From Desulfatiglandales bacterium (GTDB lineage Bacteria > Desulfobacterota > DSM-4660 > Desulfatiglandales > Desulfatiglandaceae), in assembly GCA_963662465.1 (NCBI GenBank), contig OY759599.1, forward strand, positions 6,816,001 to 6,880,000: a stretch of DNA of 64,000 nucleotides. Reading direction: 5' to 3'. Below are positions 1-8,284 of the stretch, piece by piece (the stretch's first letter is position 1; every line of letters starts with the position of its first letter). The notes under the pieces were generated by a model, which was given only the letters and a program-made list of their open reading frames with translations, searched no databases and was not told the origin of the DNA. The position numbers and the translations under genes were made by a program.

Positions 1-612
1 CCATATGTCGAACCGCCCTACCTTGTTCATAAAAGAAAGATCGATCAGTACGGCTACGCCGCGGTTAATGGGAATTACTATTGGATTCCGGGAACGCGAC
101 GTCATGACGTCAAGGTCCTGCAATATGCCGATTATTTAGATATTTATCACCAAAGAAAACTCTTGGGACGTTATGTTTTGCCGCCTGACGGCGTCAGGAA
201 TGACGTCATCACTCCCGAGGGGGTAACAAAACCTTCTCACAAACCCTCGCAACGAAAAAAGCCAACGGCGCGGGAAGAAAACATTCTGCGATCAGATAAG
301 GCCATTAATGATTATTTGAATTTCGCTTTACCCAAAAGTGGTAAGGCCAGGCATCACTTCATCCGAGCGCTTTTCAGCCTATATCGAAAAACCGCTCCTA
401 CGGTTTTTATAAAAACGGTACAACGAGCCTTGAAATATCGCATTAAGGACATCAAAGTCATTGAAAACATAGTTGTTTTGATTTTAAGAGACGCTAGTAT
501 CGAATTGGGGACACCTGAAATTGAACCGGATTTCACGAAAAGGGATGCCTATATCGAGGGCTGTTTTACCGATGAGCCGGATCTTTCCATTTATGAGGAT
601 GAAAATGAATGA
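1..612 (+). CDS. istA: IS21 transposase IstA, C-terminal part (5' truncated by the window)
   Basis: Frame 1 is open from base 1 (PYVEPPYLVHKRKIDQYGYAAVNGNYYWIP...), an IstA-like C-terminal region; overlaps the istB start. Confidence 0.8.
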   Translation, partial: PYVEPPYLVHKRKIDQYGYAAVNGNYYWIPGTRRHDVKVLQYADYLDIYHQRKLLGRYVLPPDGVRNDVITPEGVTKPSHKPSQRKKPTAREENILRSDKAINDYLNFALPKSGKARHHFIRALFSLYRKTAPTVFIKTVQRALKYRIKDIKVIENIVVLILRDASIELGTPEIEPDFTKRDAYIEGCFTDEPDLSIYEDENE

Positions 613-1351
613 TGAGTTGATAAAGATGCTGAAATACCTTCGGCTCAATGTGTTGATTGAAAACTGGGATCGGTATCTCAAAATCGGCGCAAAAGGGGAT
701 TATTCCCATGCGCGACTGTTGGAATATGTTGTTTCCGAGCAATATCAAATTAAAAAGGAAAACGCCCGCAAGATGAGAGTCAAACGAGCCGGTATTCCAG
801 AAAAATTTGTTTTGGAGACCTTTCCTTTCAAGCGCCAGCCTAATCTCAATAAAAAGAGAATCGAATCCATATACGACGGTTTTGATTACATGACCAAATC
901 CCGCAATATCATCTTCATTGGGCCGACGGGCACGGGAAAAAGCGGGCTGGCCACGGCGTTTCTGATCCACGCTATCAACCAGGGCTACAACGGGCTGTTT
1001 ATCACTTTCCCTGAACTGGTGGAACGTCTTTACCAATCGATGGCGGATAATACTCAGGCAAAGACCATCAAGAAGCTGTTATCCTATGATTGTTTGCTGA
1101 TTGATGAGCTTGGTTATATTCAAATAGAATCGGTTCAAGTGGGTCTATTTTTTAATCTAATGCAAAAAAGACATAAAAACAAAACGACCCTCATTACATC
1201 CAACCTCGGATTCGAAAAATGGAATTCCTTTCTTAAGAACAAGCATCTCACAGCCGCCCTGATCGATCGACTGACTGAAAGCAGTCATATCATCAATATG
1301 AAAAACTGCATAAGCTTAAGGCAGAGGCTTGATGAGGTTCCGGAGACATGA
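605..1351 (+). CDS. istB: IS21 helper AAA+ ATPase IstB
   Basis: Walker A GPTGTGKS, Walker B LLIDELG, ITSNL, AALIDRL. Confidence 0.93.
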   Translation: MNDELIKMLKYLRLNVLIENWDRYLKIGAKGDYSHARLLEYVVSEQYQIKKENARKMRVKRAGIPEKFVLETFPFKRQPNLNKKRIESIYDGFDYMTKSRNIIFIGPTGTGKSGLATAFLIHAINQGYNGLFITFPELVERLYQSMADNTQAKTIKKLLSYDCLLIDELGYIQIESVQVGLFFNLMQKRHKNKTTLITSNLGFEKWNSFLKNKHLTAALIDRLTESSHIINMKNCISLRQRLDEVPET

Positions 1352-1842
1352 CAAAACTTTTTTCGGCAAAGGAGCTTTACAGCGTGAGAAATGACATCCC
1401 GATTTCCGGTCTGATTGAAAACGTGCTGAATATACCGGCTCGCACAACTGAAGGGGTTTTCAGATTTCTTTGTCCTGTATGCGGGGAATTTAACACGGCG
1501 GTTAATCCAAAAACCAATCTGGCCAGATGTTTCTACTGTAAAAAAAACTTCAACACCATTGATCTGGTGATGATTGTCAAAAAGGCAAATTTTGTAGAAG
1601 CCGTCCGCTTTCTGAAAGCACACAAAAATAGATGTCAAAGTCATTGTGTTTCCAAAAAATCGGAAGATCACACTCAATCTCCCCAGCATATTGCCGACAT
1701 TGTAAAATCAATCATGCCCGCCAAACCGGATTCTGACCATCCAGAATCCATTGAAAGCATATCGAAGCGGGTTTTATGCATCGAGAAGATGCTTGAGCAA
1801 ATGACCCATCAAATGGGAATTATAGTAAAAACAATCACATAA
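1348..1842 (+). CDS. CHC2/primase-type zinc-finger protein
   Basis: FLCPVCGE...ARCFYCKKNFNTIDLV...FVEAVRFL resembles the DnaG zinc-binding domain; ATGA overlap with istB. Confidence 0.75.
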   Translation: MTKLFSAKELYSVRNDIPISGLIENVLNIPARTTEGVFRFLCPVCGEFNTAVNPKTNLARCFYCKKNFNTIDLVMIVKKANFVEAVRFLKAHKNRCQSHCVSKKSEDHTQSPQHIADIVKSIMPAKPDSDHPESIESISKRVLCIEKMLEQMTHQMGIIVKTIT

Positions 1843-2257
1843 CTCATTTCCTGGAATTTCATGCGAAAATAGGGTGTTCTGTTTTGATAGTCGTGTAACG
1901 CTAATCAAATTTTGGAGGTGGAAATGCGAGGCGGAAAGCGTGCTGGAGCCGGTCGAAAAAAGAAGCCGGATCACTTGAGACGTGAGTTGGTGACAATTCG
2001 ACTACCGAGGTGGATGATTACACAGCTTAAAAACAATGGTGAAATTGGCTATTTGATTGAGGATCTACTGGCAAAAAAGGGTTCCCTGAATCCACCCCGG
2101 GCGGCCACCCAAAATCCCCCACCTGTGGCCACTTGAAAATCCCCCACCTAAAGAGGTTCAAAATGTAGATTTTTGATCTTCGGCTCAATTCACAAAATGG
2201 TGACAGGACGTTATACCATCTCCCAATGCAATTTAATTGAATTGGGAGGAAGAAAGG

Positions 2258-4942
2258 ATGAACGTTTTGAAGCCGGACAAGAAATCTACCATCATTACCC
2301 TACTTAAAAATGGCGTTGGTCAGCGTGAAGTACATCGTAAGACCAATATTGACAGGAAAACGATCCGAAAATACGCAAAAGAAAGTGGCTTTTTACCCGA
2401 AGATTCCGACTTAAATTCAAGATCCCCCACCCTGGCCACCGGGGCTGATTGCATCATCAGTGAAAATCCCCCACCCCGGCCACCGGTAAACAGCACATTC
2501 AAGGGAGAAAAACGGGCGATTCCACTCCATGCCAGATCAGCATGTGAGCCTCACCGAGAATGGATTGAAAAGCAGGTGAAGCTCGGGAGGAATGCCGTAG
2601 CGATTTACCAAGATTTGGTCGAGCGATTTGCCTTTACCCACAAATACAACAGCGTAAAGCGGTTTGTAAGGGGACTGAGAAAAGAGGACCCCAAGCAATT
2701 CGATCGATTGGAGTTTTTACCAGGGGAAGAGGCTCAGGTAGACTATGGCACGGGAGCCAAAACGCTTCATTCGACAGGGAAATACCGTAAAACTCGTCTC
2801 TTTATAATGACGTTGAAATACTCCAGGCGCTCATTCCGGAAAGTAGTTTGGCAATCAAGCAAAGAAACATGGGCAAAACTTCATGAGGAGTCATTTCGAT
2901 ATTTCGGAGGTTGCCCCCAATATGTGGTTCTGGACAATTTGAAAGAGGGCGTCATCAAACCGGATCTTTACGAACCTGAATTGAACACCGTCTATGCGGC
3001 CATGCTGGAGCATTACGGGGTTGTTGCAGATCCGGCAAGAGTTAGAGACCCAAACCGGAAAGGGACTGTTGAAAATGCCGTACAGCATACCCAAGACACA
3101 GCTTTAAAAGGTCGCACATTTGAATCGATTGAACGACAGAATGAATGGCTTATGCACTGGGAGGAACAATGGGCTGCTCAGCGGATACACGGGAGAACCA
3201 AGCGACAGGTTGAAGAAATGTTTCAAGAAGAAAAACCGTACCTTAAACAACTTCCCTTAACTGCATTCAGCTATTTCAGCCAAGAAATCCGTACGGTCTG
3301 GGATGACGGCGCCATTCAGGTGGGGAAATCCTATTATTCAGCCTTGCCGGCGCCCCTTTATACAAAGGTTATTGTCAGGATTTATGACAGAGAGATTGAG
3401 ATTATCAATCCTGTAACAATGGAGATTTTCCGCAGGCACGCCAAGAACAGCAGGCCGGGATCTGTCAATATACCGCCGGAAGATAGGATTTTTAATCCTT
3501 CACGTCAAACAACGTATCTCTTTGCCAAAGCAGAGAGCATTGGTCCCGCAACTTTAAAATTATGCAAGGTCTTGTTTGAGGAAGAAGGCAGAACCGGTCA
3601 AAGACGAATACAGGGGATTGTCAACCTGGTCCGACATTATGAGGCCCGTTACGTGGAACAGGCCTGCATCAAAGCCAATAATGTGGGGCTGCGCAATTAC
3701 AAATCCATCCGCAACCTTGTCAAAACGTTAGCCGAAAAAAACCAGGAAGAAAAGGATTCTGAGGGGCTGATTCAGGAACATAAATTAATACGCCCTCCGG
3801 AAGATTATGCTGCATTCTGGGAGCAGCACGCCGCACAGACACCGGTTTCGGAGGAAGGAGCAAACCGTTTTGTCATGCCCAAAGAGCAACTACCCGCAGT
3901 TTGGAAAAATGCAAGCTGGGAGAGAGTGATTGATGTTTTTGGCCTGGAAGTTGATGGAAACCGCCGCTGTAAGGCCAACGAGACATGGATCAAATCGCCT
4001 TTTACAGGCGAAAAAACTGCTTCGCTGCATTTGAACCTGACGGAGAATATCTTCAAGGATTTCAGCAGTGGCCTGGGGGCGAAAGTCGGTGTACTCAATT
4101 TCTGCCAGGATCTTTTAGCGCTGCGAGGCCAGGCAATGAATTGCTATGAAGTTGCCTCCTGGATGGTGGAAAATGGAATTTCAAATTTGGATATACGTTC
4201 ACGCGAGGTTAAAAACCATGTTCCTGAACTCAAAAAACCGAAAGAAAACAAACCGATTCAAGTGGATTTAAGGCGTTTTGTACAGCCGCAACATCCAGAA
4301 TTAAAACATCGACAGGTTTCAGAGGCGACATGTCGCTATCTGGGATGTGGTTTTCTCCCGGAAAGGCCGAATGGAAACAAACAGTCACCTCTCAATGGCC
4401 GGTTGGTGTTTCAAGTGCGGGGAATGTCCGGCGCTATACTGACACATGTCGGTCGTGCATTGACACTGCAGCAAGAAAAAACGAATGGGAAATACTGGAG
4501 CTTTCCGTTCTTCAAAAAACTGGAAATATACAACCAGGACAAACTGTTATCAGATGCTTCAGCAAAGGATCAAGTTCAGCGGCTTGGCTTGGTGCTGGTA
4601 GAAGGTTTTTTTGATGTGGCAGTTTTGGTCGAATCGGGTTGTTTGAACGTCGGAGCACTGATGGGGTCGCACATGACCGAACAACAGGCAGCCCGAATAA
4701 AGTTAATCAGCTCACACATTGAGATTCCCAAAATTACCGTTTTTTTGGACAGGGATGAAGCTGGGAGGATTGGCGCACAAAAAGCAGTTACTGTGCTGCG
4801 GAAAAATGGGTTTTCAGCCGAGGCCTTTGACTGGAACCAGACCCTTGGGTCGTCATTTGTGAAAATCCCAATGGCCGTTATGGATCCAGGCGATATGTCG
4901 TTAAGGCAGCTAAAGTGGTTGAGAAAAAAGGGAAACATTTGA
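2258..4942 (+). CDS. istA: IstA DDE transposase fused to a DnaG-like primase (degenerate zinc-binding domain plus TOPRIM core), 894 aa
   Basis: N-terminal HTH; DDE motifs AQVDYG / VVLDNLK / KGTVENAV; C-terminal KSPFTGEKTASL...FKDFSS, GRLVFQVR...VGRAL, LVEGFFD, GALMGS, FLDRDEAG, DPGD. Confidence 0.88.
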   Translation: MNVLKPDKKSTIITLLKNGVGQREVHRKTNIDRKTIRKYAKESGFLPEDSDLNSRSPTLATGADCIISENPPPRPPVNSTFKGEKRAIPLHARSACEPHREWIEKQVKLGRNAVAIYQDLVERFAFTHKYNSVKRFVRGLRKEDPKQFDRLEFLPGEEAQVDYGTGAKTLHSTGKYRKTRLFIMTLKYSRRSFRKVVWQSSKETWAKLHEESFRYFGGCPQYVVLDNLKEGVIKPDLYEPELNTVYAAMLEHYGVVADPARVRDPNRKGTVENAVQHTQDTALKGRTFESIERQNEWLMHWEEQWAAQRIHGRTKRQVEEMFQEEKPYLKQLPLTAFSYFSQEIRTVWDDGAIQVGKSYYSALPAPLYTKVIVRIYDREIEIINPVTMEIFRRHAKNSRPGSVNIPPEDRIFNPSRQTTYLFAKAESIGPATLKLCKVLFEEEGRTGQRRIQGIVNLVRHYEARYVEQACIKANNVGLRNYKSIRNLVKTLAEKNQEEKDSEGLIQEHKLIRPPEDYAAFWEQHAAQTPVSEEGANRFVMPKEQLPAVWKNASWERVIDVFGLEVDGNRRCKANETWIKSPFTGEKTASLHLNLTENIFKDFSSGLGAKVGVLNFCQDLLALRGQAMNCYEVASWMVENGISNLDIRSREVKNHVPELKKPKENKPIQVDLRRFVQPQHPELKHRQVSEATCRYLGCGFLPERPNGNKQSPLNGRLVFQVRGMSGAILTHVGRALTLQQEKTNGKYWSFPFFKKLEIYNQDKLLSDASAKDQVQRLGLVLVEGFFDVAVLVESGCLNVGALMGSHMTEQQAARIKLISSHIEIPKITVFLDRDEAGRIGAQKAVTVLRKNGFSAEAFDWNQTLGSSFVKIPMAVMDPGDMSLRQLKWLRKKGNI

Positions 4943-4999
4943 TTTCCATCGCCACGTTCTCGGTGGCGCGGAAATTTGTTTAACCTAAACGGCCATCCG

Positions 5000-5475
5000 A
5001 AGGAATCGGGCTTATGTATAAGCGAATATGGTCGGACTTTTTGAATCTCGTTACACGATAATCATAGGGCTTGATTGTTTTGGAGGTGAAAATGGGAGGC
5101 GGAAAACGTATGGGAGCCAGTCGAAAAAAGAAATCAGATCATTTGAGACGTGAACTGCTGACAATTCGATTGCCGAAGTGGATGATTTCACAGCTCAAAA
5201 ACAAATGTGAAATTGGCTATTTGATCGAGGATCAATTAAGGAATCGGGCTTATGTATAGGCGAATATGGTCGGACTTTTTGAATCTCGTTACACGATAAT
5301 CATAGGGCTTGATTGTTTTGGAGGTGAAAATGCGAGGCGGAAAACGTACGGGAGCCGGTCGAAAAAAGAAATCAGATCATTTGAGACGTGAACTGCTGAC
5401 AATTCGATTGCCGAAGTGGATGATTTCACAGCTCAAAAACAAATGTGAAATTGGCTATTTGATCGAGGATCAATT
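5000..5475 (+). repeat. 238-bp imperfect tandem duplication covering the RHH-like gene and its upstream region
   Basis: 5000-5237 matches 5238-5475 with about 4 substitutions. Confidence 0.93.
5092..5259 (+). pseudogene. RHH-like gene copy 2, C-terminus replaced at the duplication junction
   Basis: MGGGKRMGASRKKK...EDQLRNRAYV; GGxRxGAGR motif degraded. Confidence 0.7.
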
Positions 5476-5527
5476 GAGGAAGATAGATTTTTTGGATATC
5501 CCGGATGACTATGACATTGATAACTGA
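5330..5527 (+). CDS. Small RHH-like (BrnA-like) DNA-binding protein copy 3
   Basis: MRGGKRTGAGRKKK...LLTIRLPKWMISQLK; GGAGGTG ribosome-binding site. Confidence 0.8.
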   Translation: MRGGKRTGAGRKKKSDHLRRELLTIRLPKWMISQLKNKCEIGYLIEDQLRKIDFLDIPDDYDIDN

Positions 5528-5550
5528 AATCGAGAAAGGAGAAACTGAAT

Positions 5551-6324
5551 ATGCCGATGTCAATGCAGGAAATAGAGAAAAGTCTAGGAACGCTACGTTT
5601 AAGCGGTATGCGAGCAACATTAGAAACCCGAGTGATACAGGCAAATCAAGGAGAATCTTCTTTCCTGGAAGTCTTTTCATGCCTGCTTCAGGATGAGTTA
5701 GATTACAGGCGGTCGTGCCTGATAGAACGTAGATTTAATGCTTCCGGTCTTCGTGAGAGAAAAACATTGACTGAGTTTGATTGGGGCTTTAATCCAAGAC
5801 TTCCAAAAAAGGAAATTTTTGAACTGGTGACCATCAAATTTATACACAACGGTGAAGACGCACTCCTGATCGGTTCTCCCGGGACTGGGAAAAGCCATAT
5901 CGTTAAAACAATTGCTCATGCTGCAACACAGGCATGCCATCAGGTTGTTTATCGTGAGGCCCATACTTTCTTTGAAGATGTCTTCGAAGCAGCCCAAACA
6001 GGGAAGACAAAAAAAATAACAAAGCTTTTTTCAGAAGCAGACTTGCTAATAATAGATGATCTTTTCCTGAGAAAAAGGGTCCCTGAACATGCGGCAGATG
6101 ATCTTCTTGATATCATACTGAATCGTTATTCCAAAAGAAAAAGTACACTCATAACATCAAACCGTCCGGTGGAGGACTGGGGTAAACTGCTCAGAGACAA
6201 TGCCGCATCCTCTGCGATCCTTGACAGGTTGCTCCACCGAGGCCATTTGCTCAAATTTGAAGGAAAAAGCTACAGGCTAAAGGAGGCTGCAGAAAAACTT
6301 GCCATAGGGAAGAAAAAAGAATAA
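5551..6324 (+). CDS. istB: IS21 helper ATPase IstB
   Basis: GSPGTGKS, LIIDDL, ITSNRP, AILDRLLH. Confidence 0.93.
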   Translation: MPMSMQEIEKSLGTLRLSGMRATLETRVIQANQGESSFLEVFSCLLQDELDYRRSCLIERRFNASGLRERKTLTEFDWGFNPRLPKKEIFELVTIKFIHNGEDALLIGSPGTGKSHIVKTIAHAATQACHQVVYREAHTFFEDVFEAAQTGKTKKITKLFSEADLLIIDDLFLRKRVPEHAADDLLDIILNRYSKRKSTLITSNRPVEDWGKLLRDNAASSAILDRLLHRGHLLKFEGKSYRLKEAAEKLAIGKKKE

Positions 6325-6865
6325 AGTGTAACCGTTCTGTCGCTGAAGATCTTTCCAATGCCACGGTCAAGATCCTACATGGCCACCTTCACAGGTGGGG
6401 GATTTTGGGGTGGCCACAAGTGGGGGATTTTGAAGTGGCCATCCGGGTCCACCTGATGATTATGATTTCAATAGCTGAAATCGACGGACCCATTCATCTC
6501 TTTTCTACGATTTGATTGAAAACGCCTTCCAACCGACATCTGAAATAGCCCCAGGTTGTATCCAACACTGAAGTCCCCCACAAGTCAGCGTGTTTGTCCA
6601 TAGCTTAGCACGGCTTTTCGGATCGAACCTGTCGCAAATATCCAGGTCAAATTTCGATACGGCCTGCTGGTTTGTAGTCGTTTGCTCAGCCGTTCCGGCA
6701 TCAATCTCCTTCTCCAACTTAAGCCATTTTTCCGCTGCGGGGTAGCAGCAAAGGCGGGGTTCTATTCAATTCTTGGGGCGGGGTGAGCATAGCTGCAGGG
6801 TAGTCGTGCGAACGAACGTATCAGTTTTCATGAGCAGAAGTGTATCAGTTTATCTGAGCGCCATA

Positions 6866-7156
6866 GGGGAGGGCATACTCCAAGGCACGAAACAAATCTT
6901 GTAACTTAAGTGAGTAGATGTAGGTAATGGCATTTACCCGTTTGACAATATCTGACCTGTACCAAGTGTTAAGGCTTTTTATATCGATCACCCAACCAGG
7001 TTTTTTTTCATTTGGTACTACTATCCATGGATATTCATTTGGATAAATCTCAATCGCCGATTCAGCCTTTATCCATAAGATGGAAAGATACTCACGGTCA
7101 GGGCAAGTAGAATCTTTGATAAAGTCTGCGAGAAAATCTTGAAAATTTTCTTTCAT
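6866..7156 (-). pseudogene. Hypothetical, probably cassette-borne gene, 3' end cut by element A
   Basis: AT-rich ORF MKENFQDF... runs into the IS21 terminal repeat. Confidence 0.55.
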
Positions 7157-7200
7157 ATCATCACGTCTCATCTTCGCTAAGCATAAATATTTTCGCAGCC

Positions 7201-7246
7201 TCGCACGGTAGGAACGCCGGTTACCCGGCGCCCCCCGCACAGAACC
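7201..7246 (-). ncRNA. Group II intron 3' remnant (end of domain V plus domain VI)
   Basis: Minus strand GGTTCTGTGCGGGGGGCGCCGGGTAACCGGCGTTCCTACCGTGC matches the typical DV-DVI 3' end with its hairpin. Confidence 0.75.
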
Positions 7247-7250
7247 ACTA

Positions 7251-7637
7251 TATAATGCCCATCAAAACCAGTTTATAACTTGGGTATATTACCCATTTCA
7301 CCCAAGAACCGGTGAAGAAATTTATGTGGTAGGTACCAGAAACCATCGTGGAGAAACTTGTTTTGTAACAAAGAAACCTGATGGTCGCCATGAATTGATA
7401 CCTGCGTGGATGACCAATCCAAAGTATGAAAAGATATCCCTCGGCTCAAAACCCGCTATCGAAATCAGGGCGCTTAAGAATTTATATTGCTTAATAGTGA
7501 ATAGAAAAATACCGTTTCCTCCTGATGAAGTCAATTCGAAAACAAGGAGGAAAGATGACGAAACAAAAATATCATCAACTTCGGCTTTGGGATTATTTAC
7601 CATCACCGATCGAAATTCCAAGAGAAACACGAAATAG
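7251..7637 (+). CDS. DUF5372-like small protein associated with serine recombinase elements; start uncertain (GTG 7326 or upstream)
   Basis: In-frame YNAHQNQFITWVYYPFHPRTGEE...LIPAWMT. Confidence 0.55.
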   Translation, partial: YNAHQNQFITWVYYPFHPRTGEEIYVVGTRNHRGETCFVTKKPDGRHELIPAWMTNPKYEKISLGSKPAIEIRALKNLYCLIVNRKIPFPPDEVNSKTRRKDDETKISSTSALGLFTITDRNSKRNTK

Positions 7638-7716
7638 ATTGATTGATTTCCTTGCAGAGCTTCTGTCAGGTTTCTGGCAAAATTCTGAGGGTAACAGAAA
7701 TAGAAAAGAGAAGTAG
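7555..7716 (+). CDS. Small hypothetical protein upstream of the recombinase; C-terminus altered by the 558-bp insert
   Basis: AGGAGG ribosome-binding site; removing the insert couples it to the recombinase by an ATGA overlap. Confidence 0.55.
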   Translation: MTKQKYHQLRLWDYLPSPIEIPRETRNRLIDFLAELLSGFWQNSEGNRNRKEK

Positions 7717-8267
7717 TTTCACTAACGTAAAATCGCGGTCTGATATTGGAAGCAGTCAAGAGACTGGAGTTGTTGAAGCAAGCAGCTTAATCCGACTCAG
7801 AAAAATCGTAACGATAAATCATAAATAGCTTATTTTCCGATAGAAATAGGTGTTTAACTGAAAAACGTACACGGTATTCAAAAATATTGGACGAATTTGA
7901 AGGTGAAAAGGAGCGATGAAAATGAGAGGTGGGAGTCGAAAAGGCGCTGGTCGAAAAAGGAGTCCTGAACATCTGAGGCGTATCCCCGTCACGATTCGGT
8001 TACCGAAGTGGATGGTTTCACAGATCAAAATGAAAGGCGAGATAGGGTATTTGATTGAACTCGAATTAGCGACGAAAAAGGGTTTTCTCGACTTACCAGA
8101 TGATTATCTGGTCGGAAGCTGACTAAGGTGCGGTTATGGTCGCTCTTTTAATGGATATTTCGGCAGGAGCCACCGGAGCCTTCTATGACCTCGTCGCAGC
8201 TTACAATTACTCATATGGGGGTCAAAATTCGGTTGTCGCAAGAGGTCAATTTTCGGTTGACATTTCG
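7710..8267 (+). mobile_element. 558-bp mini-element carrying only an RHH-like gene, with an IS21-type right end
   Basis: Direct repeat AGAAAAGA at 7702-7709 and 8268-8275; tandem GGTCAAAATTCGGTTG / GGTCAATTTTCGGTTG at 8220-8259; left end degenerate. Confidence 0.6.
7922..8122 (+). CDS. Small RHH-like protein copy 4
   Basis: MRGGSRKGAGRKR...VTIRLPKWMVSQIK...LPDDY. Confidence 0.8.
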   Translation: MRGGSRKGAGRKRSPEHLRRIPVTIRLPKWMVSQIKMKGEIGYLIELELATKKGFLDLPDDYLVGS

Positions 8268-8284
8268 AGAAAAGAAAGGTGGAA

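Larger units (their letters stand above)
2096..6447 (+). mobile_element. Complex IS21-family element B (4352 bp): istA-primase fusion, duplicated RHH-like gene, istB
   Basis: Ends CCCGGGCGGCCACCCAAAATCCCCCAC / GTGGGGGATTTTGAAGTGGCCATCCGGG with repeated subterminal motifs; 5-bp target duplication TCCAC at 2091-2095 and 6448-6452. Confidence 0.92.
1924..6478 (+). pseudogene. Small RHH-like gene copy 1 (65 aa when rejoined: 1924-2095 + 6453-6478), split by element B
   Basis: Removing element B and one TCCAC restores ...KKGSLNPPDDYDFNS*, matching the C-termini of the paralogs (LPDDYDIDK, IPDDYDIDN). Confidence 0.88.
1..6865 (+). mobile_element. Complex IS21-family element A (left part outside window): istA, istB, CHC2-like zinc-finger gene, small RHH-like gene; contains nested element B
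   Basis: istA/istB pair; tandem terminal repeats GTATCAGTTTTCATGAGC / GTATCAGTTTATCTGAGCGCCATA at about 6818-6865; the end truncates the neighbouring gene. Confidence 0.75.

Noticed and set aside
1912..2136. 74-aa ORF as an intact gene
   Set aside because: Its C-terminus is read-through into the end of element B
6505..6717. 70-aa ORF near the right end of element A
   Set aside because: No motif or other support; cannot be called
6845..7240. 131-aa ORF as listed
   Set aside because: The N-terminus comes from the intron remnant and the C-terminus from the IS21 end; only 6866-7156 is plausible
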